From NCBI RefSeq assembly GCF_001194135.2, contig NC_068997.1:4989256-5053255 (forward strand): a DNA stretch of 64,000 nt, read 5' to 3'. The notes below the pieces were generated by a model that made no database searches, was not told where the DNA came from, and worked only from the letters and a program-made list of their open reading frames with translations. The translations under genes were made by a program, and so were the position numbers. This document shows positions 24,054-35,744 of the stretch, piece by piece; the stretch's first letter is position 1, and every line of letters begins with the position of its first letter. Source of the stretch: Octopus bimaculoides. Its lineage: Eukaryota.

Positions 24054-24185
24054 AAAATGGAAGATGGGCAAGCAAAGCATTTGGTGTCACTCAAAGCTAT
24101 TTTCTTCCTAATAAAGAGTACAAATAAAGTATAAATAAAGTTATGGTAGTAATGCCAAATGCTTTGCTTGTCCATCTCCCATTTT
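24054..24185. repeat. Small foldback (about 38-bp arms, about 56-nt AT-rich spacer)
   Basis: aaaatggaagatgggcaagcaaagcatttgg is the reverse complement of ccaaatgctttgcttgtccatctcccatttt with 2 mismatches. Confidence 0.75.
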
Positions 24186-24358
24186 GTATCTGTTTACTCC
24201 CACTGGATCAGATACCACTTCTAACCTCCTGGGGTAGGCAATTTTATTGTCTCATTTCCATTTGTACTTCAAGCCAGCATTTTAGTGGTAAACTGATCTG
24301 AACACTCATTGTACATACCTATCAATATATGTCAATCGATGTATACACCTTGCATTTC

Positions 24359-24393
<35 letters not shown>

Positions 24394-24669
24394 CATACAT
24401 ACCCTTCTCTACTTTCCTTCAATGTATATTTGTCATCCTGGTACACTCTTTCTGCATTCCTTATATTCACCCTTTCACCTATTCCCTATCTCCAACTATC
24501 TTTCACTCTCCCACGCTTGCAATTTCTTTCTACCCATGCTCCCTGTTCTACTGCTTCCTGTTCTACTGCTCCCACTTACTTCTATCCATCTTCACTATTT
24601 TATCTCTTCCCATCTCCACCCTGGTTACTTCCACCCTCTCTTCAATAATGTAAGTAGTTATATAGTTAC

Positions 24670-25565
24670 AAAAAGAGCCACCTATGTGACTTAACCTCAC
24701 TCAAATCAGAGATAAGTTTGAAGCAGATGAAACTGTTCAGAATGTCTACAAGAAATGTTCAATGAACAAGGACATTGACGAGCCCCACAAAACAAGAAAT
24801 TGTAGTATGAATGTATTGCCAGAGTTCAAGAAAATCTATGTGGCAAGCAAGTGGTGAGATAGGAATTTCAAAATCAAAATCAATGGAGAAGATGCATACC
24901 TTCCAACAGAGACTTTTTAGAATGATGAGGCTACATTTAAACTGAATGACTCAATTACCCACCACACTTATAACTACTGGGGTCTTAAGAATCTGCATAT
25001 TACAAATGAATGTCATGTTAATTTAGCTGTAGTTACAGTATAATGTAGCTGGTCATCAAAAGGGTTAATTAGTTCATTCTTTTTAGATGGCACTGTGACC
25101 AGTCCCATTATTTGAATTGTTGTGTCAAGTATTCAAGAGGATTTTGAAGATGTAGTGTTATATTTCCAACAACCAGATAGGACACTTCCATTCCACCATA
25201 GTAATGTAAAGGCCTACATTGATGAGATTGTAGCAAACAGGTGGATTGGACGAAGAGGTTCAGTAGAATAGCTTCCACATTCACTGAATTTCACATCACT
25301 AGACATTTTTAAGTGAGGGCAGCCATTAAGCAAGAATATGCACAGATACTTTAGGAAATGTTTCTTGACGTTTGCAATTACATTGTTTTGTATTATCCGA
25401 AATGTCTGAATCAGAATGGTCATCAGTTTGGAAACAGGTGCTCATAAAAAAGAAAGAAATTCTGAGTGTAGATTCTATAAAATTTTGAAAATGAAATATA
25501 TTTTGATAAACTCTGACTTTAAAATTATTCAATATGTGTATACATCCGTGAGGGATGTCCTATAT
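24670..25565 (+). mobile_element. Decayed DD41D (rosa/Visitor-type) Tc1/mariner-superfamily transposon
   Basis: RDKFEADETVQN, SRKSMWQASGEIGISKS, DEATFKLN (D 24924), QQPD (D 25176) ...RWIGRRGSVE...LD (D 25302): exactly 41 residues between the second and third D. Confidence 0.8.
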
Positions 25566-25958
25566 ACATACATATATATATATATGTGTGTGTATAAGTA
25601 TATCATCATTTAATGTCTGTTATTCCATGCTGGTGTGTGTGTGTGTGTGTGTGTTATAAAGCTATGCTAGAAGACATTATGAACCAATATATTTGATTTT
25701 TGGCATGTGGAACCGTTAATCCAGACACATTTTTTTCTTCCTTCCCTCCGTTTTCTTTCCTCTTTCCTTTCATTCAAAGAGCATAGGCTCAAAATGTCAA
25801 AGACTTTTCCATTTTACAAGAGCCCTGGACTAACATACCTTGTTTGTTGTTCCCTCGCCTGTCTCTGTCTTTTGTTTTTTGTACATCTGAACCATATATA
25901 TGATGTGCGTGCATGCGTGCATGCATGTGTGTGTGTGTGTGTGTGACAGGAATTTCAG

Positions 25959-26545
25959 ATGGTAATTGGGAGAGAGAAACATAAGACTGAAATGGATGGA
26001 GGAAAATTAGTGCACAGTGGTTGTTCAGTGTTTGAAAGAAAAAGAATCAAGCACGAGAAAATCGAGAGAAAGCTGAGAAAGAATGAACCAATAGAAAATG
26101 AAAGAGCGTTATTTTTTGTGTGTGTAATTTGTAGGAGGAAATGATTGAGTTATGCAAGCCTGGTCAGCCATCAGAGAAGTTATAGGAATCAACCCCACGT
26201 AAATTGTGATATGGTTATTGTTCACAACAGAATATGTGCAACTTGTGGAAAGATGTGCCGTTTAGTTGGAGGATTAAAAAGACATGTCAAAAGACTTCAT
26301 ACTGTGGCACCTGTTCCTTCCATCAGCCAGCACAACTGTGCATTATGCAATAAAATGGGCAAATCTTTGGCAGGGCTCAAGAGTCATATAAGGGCCTCAC
26401 ATTGCATTATCAATGACTCATTTCAATGATTCTTTCTAGCAATGGCTTTGCTTGTATACGAGAAGGCAGCCGCTCTCTATGTATGTATGTATGTATGTAT
26501 GTATGTATGTATGTATGTATGTATGTGTGTATGTAGGTATGTATG
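25959..26545 (+). mobile_element. RTE LINE 3' end with three tandem C2H2-like fingers and a (TATG)n tail
   Basis: One frame 25959-26429 with a single TGA: KLVHSGCSVFERKR...CVICRRK*LSYASLVSHQR...CATCGKMCRLVGGLKRHVKRLH...CALCNKMGKSLAGLKSHIRASH. Confidence 0.7.
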
Positions 26546-27823
26546 TACAAATCAAAGTATACAGTATTATAAATGCATCCCAGCCGATATTACCAATCAA
26601 TTTTGCACCAGGCAGTAGATAACCAGATCGGCTGAAATGGATCTATAATACTCTTTCTTTTGATTAATATACCAACTCTATCAATAAATATATGAGTATA
26701 CTTTTTACAAACTGTGGATTCTTAGAATACTATATATATTCATAATACACACACATGCTCACGCACATGCACACACGGACGGACACACACACATGCACAC
26801 TTGCGCACACACACGCACAACACACACACTCACAAACACTAATGTTGTATGCTTCTTAAAGTTTGTGCAAAGAAGACCAACCAGTTTATTATTAAAACAG
26901 TCTTATTTAACACTTGAAATAATCTGTTTAATACAAATACTGTAATATTACTTTCTCAATTCTACTCAAAGAAACCTTTACTCTTTCTTCTTTCAGTTAT
27001 TGTTTCTTCCTTCTTTCTCTCTCTCTCTCTCTTTCTCTATTCCTTTATTTCTTTCTTTCTGTCTTTCTTTCTTTCTTTCTTTCTTACTGACTGACATTGA
27101 CGATGACGACATTGACAATGACGACATTGACGGTGACAATGATGACAACAACATAGATGATGACAATGATGATGACAGCAATGATGACGGTGGTGGTTGA
27201 GAGAAGAATAATGAGGATGATGCTAGTGGCAACGACAAGGATGAAAATAACAGCAATGGTGGTGGTGGTGGTGGTGAAAATAAAGATGCTGATGAAGTCA
27301 ACAGGGTGTTAGCTAGGACTAGAACTCTCTTGGTCACAGGTCTACTGGTTCATGGTTGACCTGGGGCTAAACAACTATAGCATCAATTCATCTTTTGCAA
27401 GGGTTTATCCCATTTCAATGCAGCGTCCGCTTGTCCCAACTGATATGTCATATCACCTGGCATTAAACCATCCCCCACATTTTGTCATATTTTGCAGTGC
27501 AGCTGATTCCAAAGAAGAATCAACCTCAGTACTTGGATAAGTGCTTTATTTATCAGACCCAGAGAGGATAAAGGCAAAGTTGATCTTGGCAAAAAATGAA
27601 CCCTGTATCTGACTCACAGGAAATTGTACATTCCACTTCTTAATGTAATGTCACTCCATATATATATAAANNNNNNNNNNNNNNNNNNNNNNNNNNNNNN
27701 NNNNNNNNNNNNNNNNNNNNNNNNNNNNNNNNNNNNNNNNNNNNNNNNNNNNNNNNNNNNNNNNNNNNNNNNNNNNNNNNNNNNNNNNNNNNNNNNNNNN
27801 NNNNNNNNNNNNNNNNNNNNNNN

Positions 27824-28225
27824 CATCGTTTAACGTCCGTTTTCCATGCTAGCATTGGTTGGACGATTTAACTGAGGACTGGTGAAACCGGATGGCAACA
27901 CCAGCCTCCAATCTGATTTGGCAGAGTTTCTACAGCTGGATGCCCTTCCTAACGCCAATCACTCAGAGAGTGTAGTGGGTGCTTTTACGTGTCACCCGCA
28001 CGAAGGCCAGTCAGGCAGTACTGGCAACGGCCATGCTCAAAATGGTGCATTTCCTGTGCCACCCGCACAAGAGCCAGTCCAGGGGCACTGGCAACGATCT
28101 CACTCGAAAATCCCATGAAGGCCAGCCAGGCGGCACTGGCAACGGTCACGCTCAATATGGTGCATTTCATGTGTCACCCGCACAAGAGCTGGTCCAGGGG
28201 CACCGGCAATGATCTCGATCGAAAA
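27824..28225 (-). mobile_element. RTE-tail repeat with an internal ~113-bp tandem duplication
   Basis: catcgtttaacgtccg... start; the gaaggccag...ggcactggcaacgatctc module occurs twice. Confidence 0.8.
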
Positions 28226-28236
28226 TACATATATAT

Positions 28237-28293
<57 letters not shown>

Positions 28294-29237
28294 NNNNNNN
28301 NNNNNNNNNNNNNNNNNNNNNNNNNNNNNNNNNNNNNNNNNNNNNNNNNNNNNNNNNNNNNNNNNNNNNNNNNNNNNNNNNNNNNNNNNNNNNNNNNNNN
28401 NNNNNNNNNNNNNNNNNNNNNNNNNNNNNNNNNNNNNNNNNNNNNNNNNNNNNNNNNNNNNNNNNNNNNNNNNNNNNNNNNNNNNNNNNNNNNNNNNNNN
28501 NNNNNNNNNNNNNNNNNNNNNNNNNNNNNNNNNNNNNNNNNNNNNNNNNNNNNNNNNNNNNNNNNNNNNNNNNNNNNNNNNNNNNNNNNNNNNNNNNNNN
28601 NNNNNNNNNNNNNNNNNNNNNNNNNNNNNNNNNNNNNNNNNNNNNNNNNNNNNNNNNNNNNNNNNNNNNNNNNNNNNNNNNNNNNNNNNNNNNNNNNNNN
28701 NNNNNNNNNNNNNNNNNNNNNNNNNNNNNNNNNNNNNNNNNNNNNNNNNNNNNNNNNNNNNNNNNNNNNNNNNNNNNNNNNNNNNNNNNNNNNNNNNNNN
28801 NNNNNNNNNNNNNNNNNNNNNNNNNNNNNNNNNNNNNNNNNNNNNNNNNNNNNNNNNNNNNNNNNNNNNNNNNNNNNNNNNNNNNNNNNNNNNNNNNNNN
28901 NNNNNNNNNNNNNNNNNNNNNNNNNNNNNNNNNNNNNNNNNNNNNNNNNNNNNNNNNNNNNNNNNNNNNNNNNNNNNNNNNNNNNNNNNNNNNNNNNNNN
29001 NNNNNNNNNNNNNNNNNNNNNNNNNNNNNNNNNNNNNNNNNNNNNNNNNNNNNNNNNNNNNNNNNNNNNNNNNNNNNNNNNNNNNNNNNNNNNNNNNNNN
29101 NNNNNNNNNNNNNNNNNNNNNNNNNNNNNNNNNNNNNNNNNNNNNNNNNNNNNNNNNNNNNNNNNNNNNNNNNNNNNNNNNNNNNNNNNNNNNNNNNNNN
29201 NNNNNNNNNNNNNNNNNNNNNNNNNNNNNNNNNNNNA
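28294..29237. other. Assembly gap (N run) directly downstream of the orphan promoter; other large gaps at 15482, 18948, 20055, 27671, 30789, 45675, 51143, 53505 and 62498
   Basis: Direct inspection. Confidence 0.99.
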
Positions 29238-29482
29238 AGCTGCTGAAGTGGTCGCTGGCTGCTGCTGCTGTTGTCGTGTGGTACACGGAACAGTTCTCAA
29301 AGAGAAACTGGACCGAGACAAATTTGGCCGCCGAGTTAAAGCTATTTATAACAAACTATTGGCTCACCAGATGGTAGAAATATACTCTATCACGTGACCT
29401 TATTAGGGGCCGTGATTGGTCAGTTTGCGTTCTGGCGGGAAAAGTTCGAAGTAGTTGCCGATTCGAATAATCAGTCACGTGA
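29238..29482 (-). promoter_or_regulatory. Pol II promoter and 5' end of an unidentified minus-strand gene
   Basis: Minus strand: TATAAATA 29350-29343, CCAAT at 29362-29358 and 29419-29415, TCACGTGA at 29390-29397 and 29475-29482, E2F TTTTCCCGCC 29443-29434, TTCGAA at 29445 and 29462; CpG-rich; the transcript runs into the N gap 28294-29237. Confidence 0.7.
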
Positions 29483-29649
29483 TGACAAGGAATGGGTTCT
29501 CTACTACGCTCGCATTTATTTATATTTAAATGAGAAGATTGTATGTAATGGCGATAGGTAGTTTCACTACATATATATACATACATACACACACACACAC
29601 GCACACATATATATACACACACACATATATATATATACATACATATATA

Positions 29650-29697
<48 letters not shown>

Positions 29698-29757
29698 CTC
29701 TTTTAGCACTTCGAAGCAGATCTGCTCCTGCTGGGTGGGAGCTTGAGGATTTCACTT

Positions 29758-29982
29758 AAACTATTAACATTTAAACCAGCCATATCCAGCCCAAATATTC
29801 TACTTATTTTATGTTCAAACTGGCTATAATCAGTCTCTTGCACCTAACCTACAATGTCATTCTAAAACTAAACAATCTCATTATTGAAATCTCAAAGTTA
29901 CGAGATAATGCATGATTAATTCAAAACAACATGATAAATAAGCATTACATTTGATAGAGTAATCTGAATGCCAAAGGTTTAT
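29758..29982. mobile_element. Decayed copy of the piggyBac-like MITE (opposite orientation to 11005-11224)
   Basis: Reverse-complement similarity along the whole length; ends eroded. Confidence 0.65.
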
Positions 29983-30275
29983 ATATAGGTTGTGGTTTGA
30001 GAGAGATTTAGCTGCTATTTCTAACTAGTCACCATGTAGAGATTTCCTTCATAGATATATATAGTGCCACCAGACTGGCCCCATGTTGGTAGCACGTAAA
30101 AAGCATCCATTACACTCTCGAAGTGATTGGTGTTAGGAAGGGCATCCAGCTGTAGAAACCTTGGAAGATTAGATGAGAGCCTGATGCAGCCTCCTGGCCT
30201 GCCAGTCCTCAGTCAAACCGTCCAACCCATGCCAGCATGGAAAGAGGACATTAAATGGTGGTGATGATGATGATG

Positions 30276-30336
<61 letters not shown>

Positions 30337-30721
30337 AATGATACAGAATGGGACAAGGACGCAAAACATACAAGAAAGGGACAAAACATACAGATAGATG
30401 ATACAAAGAAAACACGGACATTATTTTTATTGTATATGTGTAACATTGTTTTTTCCGTCCTAGTTTTTATATACATTCGCTGCTTTCTTCCAAGGAATCT
30501 AATGCTCTTAGCTTAGTTTTTCCTTGGGGGCTGGCCAGATTGGAGCAATATTGAGAATAACCAGCCAAAATTGCGAGGATAATCTGGATCTTGACTGAAG
30601 AGAGAAAACTCCGAATGACCTGTCCATGTTTTCTTTGTATCATCTATCTGTATGTTTTGTCCCTTTCTTGTATCACCTAACTGTCTGGATGTTTTGCGTC
30701 CTTATCCCATTTTGTATTATT
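30337..30721. mobile_element. Inverted-arm element (84/101-bp arms) with a degenerate hammerhead-like motif, probably a Penelope pseudo-LTR with an inverted copy
   Basis: 30337-30420 is the reverse complement of 30621-30721 apart from an ~18-nt indel and a few substitutions; CTGAAGA GAG AAAA CTC CGAA..GTC at 30595-30624. Confidence 0.6.
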
Positions 30722-31332
30722 TATAAATATATATATAGCGGCATACGTACAACTTGTCTCTTATATATATATATATATATATATATATNNNNNNNNNNNN
30801 NNNNNNNNNNNNNNNNNNNNNNNNNNNNNNNNNNNNNNNNNNNNNNNNNNNNNNNNNNNNNNNNNNNNNNNNNNNNNNNNNNNNNNNNNNNNNNNNNNNN
30901 NNNNNNNNNNNNNNNNNNNNNNNNNNNNNNNNNNNNNNNNNNNNNNNNNNNNNNNNNNNNNNNNNNNNNNNNNNNNNNNNNNNNNNNNNNNNNNNNNNNN
31001 NNNNNNNNNNNNNNNNNNNNNNNNNNNNNNNNNNNNNNNNNNNNNNNNNNNNNNNNNNNNNNNNNNNNNNNNNNNNNNNNNNNNNNNNNNNNNNNNNNNN
31101 NNNNNNNNNNNNNNNNNNNNNNNNNGCGTGGCCGTTTTCGTGCGGGTGACACGTAAAAGCACCCACTACACTCTCTGAGTGGTTGGCGTTAGGAAGGGCA
31201 TCCAGCTGTAGAAACTCTGCCAAATCAGACTGGAGCCTGGTGTTGCCATCCGGTTTCACCAGTCCTCAGTCAAATCGTCCAACCCATGCTAGCATGGAAA
31301 GCGGACGTTAAACGATGATGATGATGATGATG

Positions 31333-31374
<42 letters not shown>

Positions 31375-31566
31375 GTATGTATGTATGTATGTATGTATAT
31401 GTAATTCTAAGTATCTTGTAACATTTCTGAAGTTCAACTTCTGCTGCATGATCATCTAGGTCCTACTCTCAAAAGTTTGGGAACTGGAACAATGACCCCA
31501 ACCATTACAATTACATCAGTAAACTGCTTTTAAAATAACAACAGCAGCAACAACAGCAGCCACAGC

Positions 31567-31612
<46 letters not shown>

Positions 31613-32021
31613 GCAACAACAGCAGCAGCAGCAGCAGCAATGTGTTGTTCTTCCTACCTTGTGGTACTCATTTTTTCAGCCTGTTGGATTGGGCCAATCC
31701 AGAATTAAGCTGTCCTAGCCATAGACACAAAGTTGGCAGTTCAATTTACTGTCACAAAAACTGCATTGTGATTGGTTCTCTGATGCCCCACCCAGTCAGG
31801 TAAACACCCACCCACACCTTCTGTACTCAGTGTTTGCAAAACGTTAGATATTCTCCCATGCACATATTTCAATAAAACCTGTACCTTTTATGATTTTCAT
31901 ATTCACATTTTTCTTTCTTTTCTTTTATATTATTATTCTAATCCCTTTGAAGTCACAGTGATAAATGAAGCAGAGCCAGTGAAGAAAGTCAAAGAAAATT
32001 TTAATGATAATAATAATAAGG

Positions 32022-32067
<46 letters not shown>

Positions 32068-32285
32068 GTGTATGTATGTATGTATGTATGTATGTATTTA
32101 TGCATGTATATGTGTGTGTGTGGGGTGGTGTTCTTGTCTTGACATCATGTGATAGATGCTTCAATAAACTCTGTCTAATCCCTCAACCTCTATTGAGCAG
32201 AGCTTGCTGATGTCAATGTTTTGCCAATGAAGTCATATTAAAGCTGTCGCAAGTTCCCAAACCTGAAGAATCCCCTACTTGGAAA

Positions 32286-32497
32286 CCAATATCGCAGTAA
32301 TGATGACATCATATCTGCTGTTGATGACTTTTTGGACCAACAGGATGAAAGCTTCTTCACCAGTGGGATCCAAGCACTGCAACACTGATAAAAGAAGTGT
32401 GTGACCACAAAGGGGACAATGTTGAAAAATAAACCTCATTAGGTCATATTCCAGGTGAGTATCTTAGTCAGCCTATGAACTTTTCAGCTGGTTCTCA
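32286..32497 (+). mobile_element. 3' fragment of mariner family 2 with right TIR
   Basis: Matches 14270-14460; ends tcagcctatgaacttttcagctggttctca|TA. Confidence 0.85.
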
Positions 32498-33168
32498 TAT
32501 GACGACAATTGTTCCAGTTAATCCTGTCAACAGAATAGCAGCTTGCAAAATTAAAGTGCACATGGAGGAGAACTTCACATAGACACACATACACTTAACT
32601 TAAATCTGAGGGAGATTCAGCAATATACAGAATATGACAAGCCTGGCGAATTGAACTATGACTCATTTTTGCCTGCTGAGTGGACGAGGGCAACATGAAA
32701 TAAAGTGTCTTGCTCAAGGATACTACCCACTCCTAGGAATCAAATGCATGATCTTATGATTGTGAGTCAAATACCCTAACCACTAAGCCACACACCTTCA
32801 AATGCATGCATGCACACACACACATACACACACACACACACATAATACACATATATGTACACATAATACATACATACATACAAACATACACACATATACA
32901 TACATGCATACATACTTACACACATATACATACAAACATACATACTTGCACATGTACATGTACATATGTACATATACATACATACATACATAAGCAAATA
33001 CACATACACACACACATACATACATACACATACATACATACACATACATACATACACATACATACAGAAGCAAGTACACACACACATACATACACAAGCC
33101 AGTACACATACACACACACGTAAATACGTACATAAATGCATATATGCATACATACATCTTACACATAC

Positions 33169-33294
33169 TCATAGAGTCTGATTCTAAATAAACAAATGCC
33201 AGGCATGCTAAGCGTGCTTGATCACGAGTTACAAAGTCAATGACATTATCAATATTCAAGATAAGATTACAGTAAAAATCATAGAAAGAGGCAT
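33169..33294 (-). CDS. Candidate internal exon of an unidentified gene (126 nt, phase 1-1)
   Basis: caactttcctttag| ... |gtatgt; open frame (D)ASFYDFYCNLILNIDNVIDFVTRDQARLACLAFVYLESDSM; no homology recognised. Confidence 0.3.
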
Positions 33295-33715
33295 CTAAAG
33301 GAAAGTTGTCTTGAGCCAACAAGTTTCAACACTTAGCAGGGTTTATCATTCTTCAAAAGAAGAAAGCAATTGATAAGATATTTATTCATTAAACAACAAC
33401 AACAGTAACAACAAAATGATATGATCTTGTTGCTAAGTTTAAACAAGTGAACAAAATAAAAGTGAAATATTTCATGAATAATTTGTTTATGGAGAATTAC
33501 AGTTAAAAAATTGAATAAAATAATTCTTATTGTCCAGAATTATCAGATTATTAAGAAAGAATTGTCCAATTTTGAACGGAAAGTTTATTTTACTTTACCT
33601 AAACAAAAAGCAATGCAGTTAATCAAAGTATGCACGTAAATTATCAATGCAATTTTGCCATTTTATCAGTAGCTTATTTATGCTGGCGGCAAAGAATTCT
33701 AGGGAGCAAGAGGTG

Positions 33716-33985
33716 ATGAAATATGAAAGGCTGTTTTTGCATCTTCTTCAGTTTGAAGTTCTTTTTCCTTGCAAAACATTATCTAATGCCTGGAAAACAT
33801 GATAGTTAGTTGGTGCAAGGTCTGGTGAATATGGTGGATGACAGAGTACTTCCAAGTTCAGTTCCTGTAACTTGAATAGCATTCTTCATGCAACATGTGG
33901 TCAAGCATTGTCTTGCAAGAGAATTGGCCTGTCTCTATTGACCAATCTTGTTCATTCATCATTTCATCCAATTGGTTGATGTATA
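33716..33985 (-). mobile_element. mariner fragment, family 3 (Hsmar1/cecropia-like catalytic end)
   Basis: Minus translation RPILLQDNA*PHVA...ELNLEVLCHPPYSPDLAPTNYHVFQALDNVLQGK. Confidence 0.85.
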
Positions 33986-34150
33986 CATCTGCTGTAATTG
34001 ACTAACAGGTCTCATGAAGCTGTAGTTCTGGGTAACACATCGGCCTAATAATGGACAGCAGGATTTAACTCTACAATTGCAACTAGGAGAATTATTATTA
34101 TTAATATTAGTATTATTATGATTCAAATTATTATTATTATTATTATTATT

Positions 34151-34328
34151 CAGTAGTTTTATTTTTATAACGTGCTTTCACTTCACTACCGAGCGCAGCT
34201 CTGCGTGCCTTGGGTATGTGCTGTGGTTTGCTGTGATGCTCTTATGGTTACTGTATTGAAAGTGTTTTGCGTAGGATGTGTGCAGTGCCCAGTAGTGCAA
34301 TTTTCTGTATGTTATATATATTTGTAAG

Positions 34329-34329
<1 letters not shown>
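34151..34329 (-). mobile_element. 3' end of an R4/Dong-clade (RLE) LINE inserted in (TAA)n
   Basis: NIYNIQKIALLGTAHILRKTLSIQ* plus 3' UTR; (ATT)n on both sides. Confidence 0.8.
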
Positions 34330-34376
<47 letters not shown>

Positions 34377-34389
34377 GTTATTGTTATTA

Positions 34390-34448
<59 letters not shown>

Positions 34449-34837
34449 AATTCTGGCTAATTTTATATTCTTCTTATTTAATCTAGCTATAATGGTACCC
34501 ATATTGGGAAGAGTAGAGTATGAGATTCTAACTGCCTTACATGAAAAGATTCTATTATATCTATGGGAAGTAGGGAAGTTTTTTCTATATATGTTTGTGG
34601 ATAATGTACAGTTGTATGGGATATTGAGCCAGACGAAATTCTTACCTTTAAATTTATGGTGTAAGTAAGGGCTTATTGTGAGTATAATCACCATTTTGAA
34701 ATTGTATGGATAATACCGTACTAAATTCTGGTGCCTCAACTTAAGTACCGTATTCATCTGAATCTATATATAGATAGATCGCTGACCACAAGATTCAATT
34801 TTTTTCCTCCGTGTTTTTCTCCTTGTTTTCTCCTTAT

Positions 34838-34874
34838 TCTTTCTGTTGAAGAGCGTAGCTCGAAACGTTAAAGA
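34838..34874 (+). ncRNA. Minimal type I hammerhead-like motif (Penelope-type, variant core)
   Basis: TCTTT-CTGTTGA-A-GAGC gta GCTC-GAAA-CGTT-AAAGA: stem I 5 bp, stem II 4 bp, palindromic AACGTT stem III; core A6 is U. Confidence 0.5.
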
Positions 34875-35679
34875 CTTTCTCTATTCCCGAGCGTTAAACT
34901 AATACATCCTTTTGTTGTTTACACCACCTGTCCTCGTCTGTTGTTGTTTTTTTTTGTAAATTCTCCCATATATATANNNNNNNNNNNNTATATATATACA
35001 TACATACATACATACATATACATACATACATATACATACATATACATACATATACATATATATACATATGTGTGTGTGTATGTGTATGCATCTACACTTA
35101 CGTTCTGCTTAGGCATGTCTCATGTGTGTGTGCGTGTGTGTGCACATGCATGCAACATTACTTTTTACATGGGTGCCCTAGTTTGATGCACACAAACAAG
35201 TATGTGCATATATTAATTTAAAGATGAGGGATTTTTGAAAAGCATTACAAATTTTCACTGTGCCACTAATACATTGGATTTGGAGGATGCATGTCAGTTT
35301 TTTATGTTCTTTCTTGGAAACACCGAGTATTTCTAGGTTTTTTGTATGGGTGTATGTATGTAAATATATACATGTCCTTATACAGCTACTTATGTAGAGA
35401 CTGAGAACTATTTATATAAATAACTATTGTCTGGTGGGTTTTCCCTGTTTTCCATTACAGACATCCAAACTATTTCACATCGGATGTTTATCATGTTTTT
35501 GCCTCAGTTTCCTAATCACAAGATTTTGTAATAAGAATTACATTTTGTTGTTATAAGAAATTAATATTTTAACAACATAGACACATACATAGATGTGTTC
35601 ATCATCATCATCATCATCGTCGTCATGGTCATCATCATCATCATCGTCATCGTCGTCGTCGTCGTTGTCGTTGTCATCG

Positions 35680-35711
<32 letters not shown>

Positions 35712-35744
35712 TGCAGCAGCAGTATTTAAAATCTGTTCTCCATG

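Noticed and set aside
27989-29377. Long ORFs (up to 462 aa) here and at 15244-15889, 45581-46647, 51068-51758, 62352-63172
   Set aside because: They are open only because they cross N runs and microsatellites
32776-33181. Low-complexity ORFs (poly-YI, CV, HT, I, N, L) throughout the window
   Set aside because: Translations of TA/CA/ATT/GTT microsatellites
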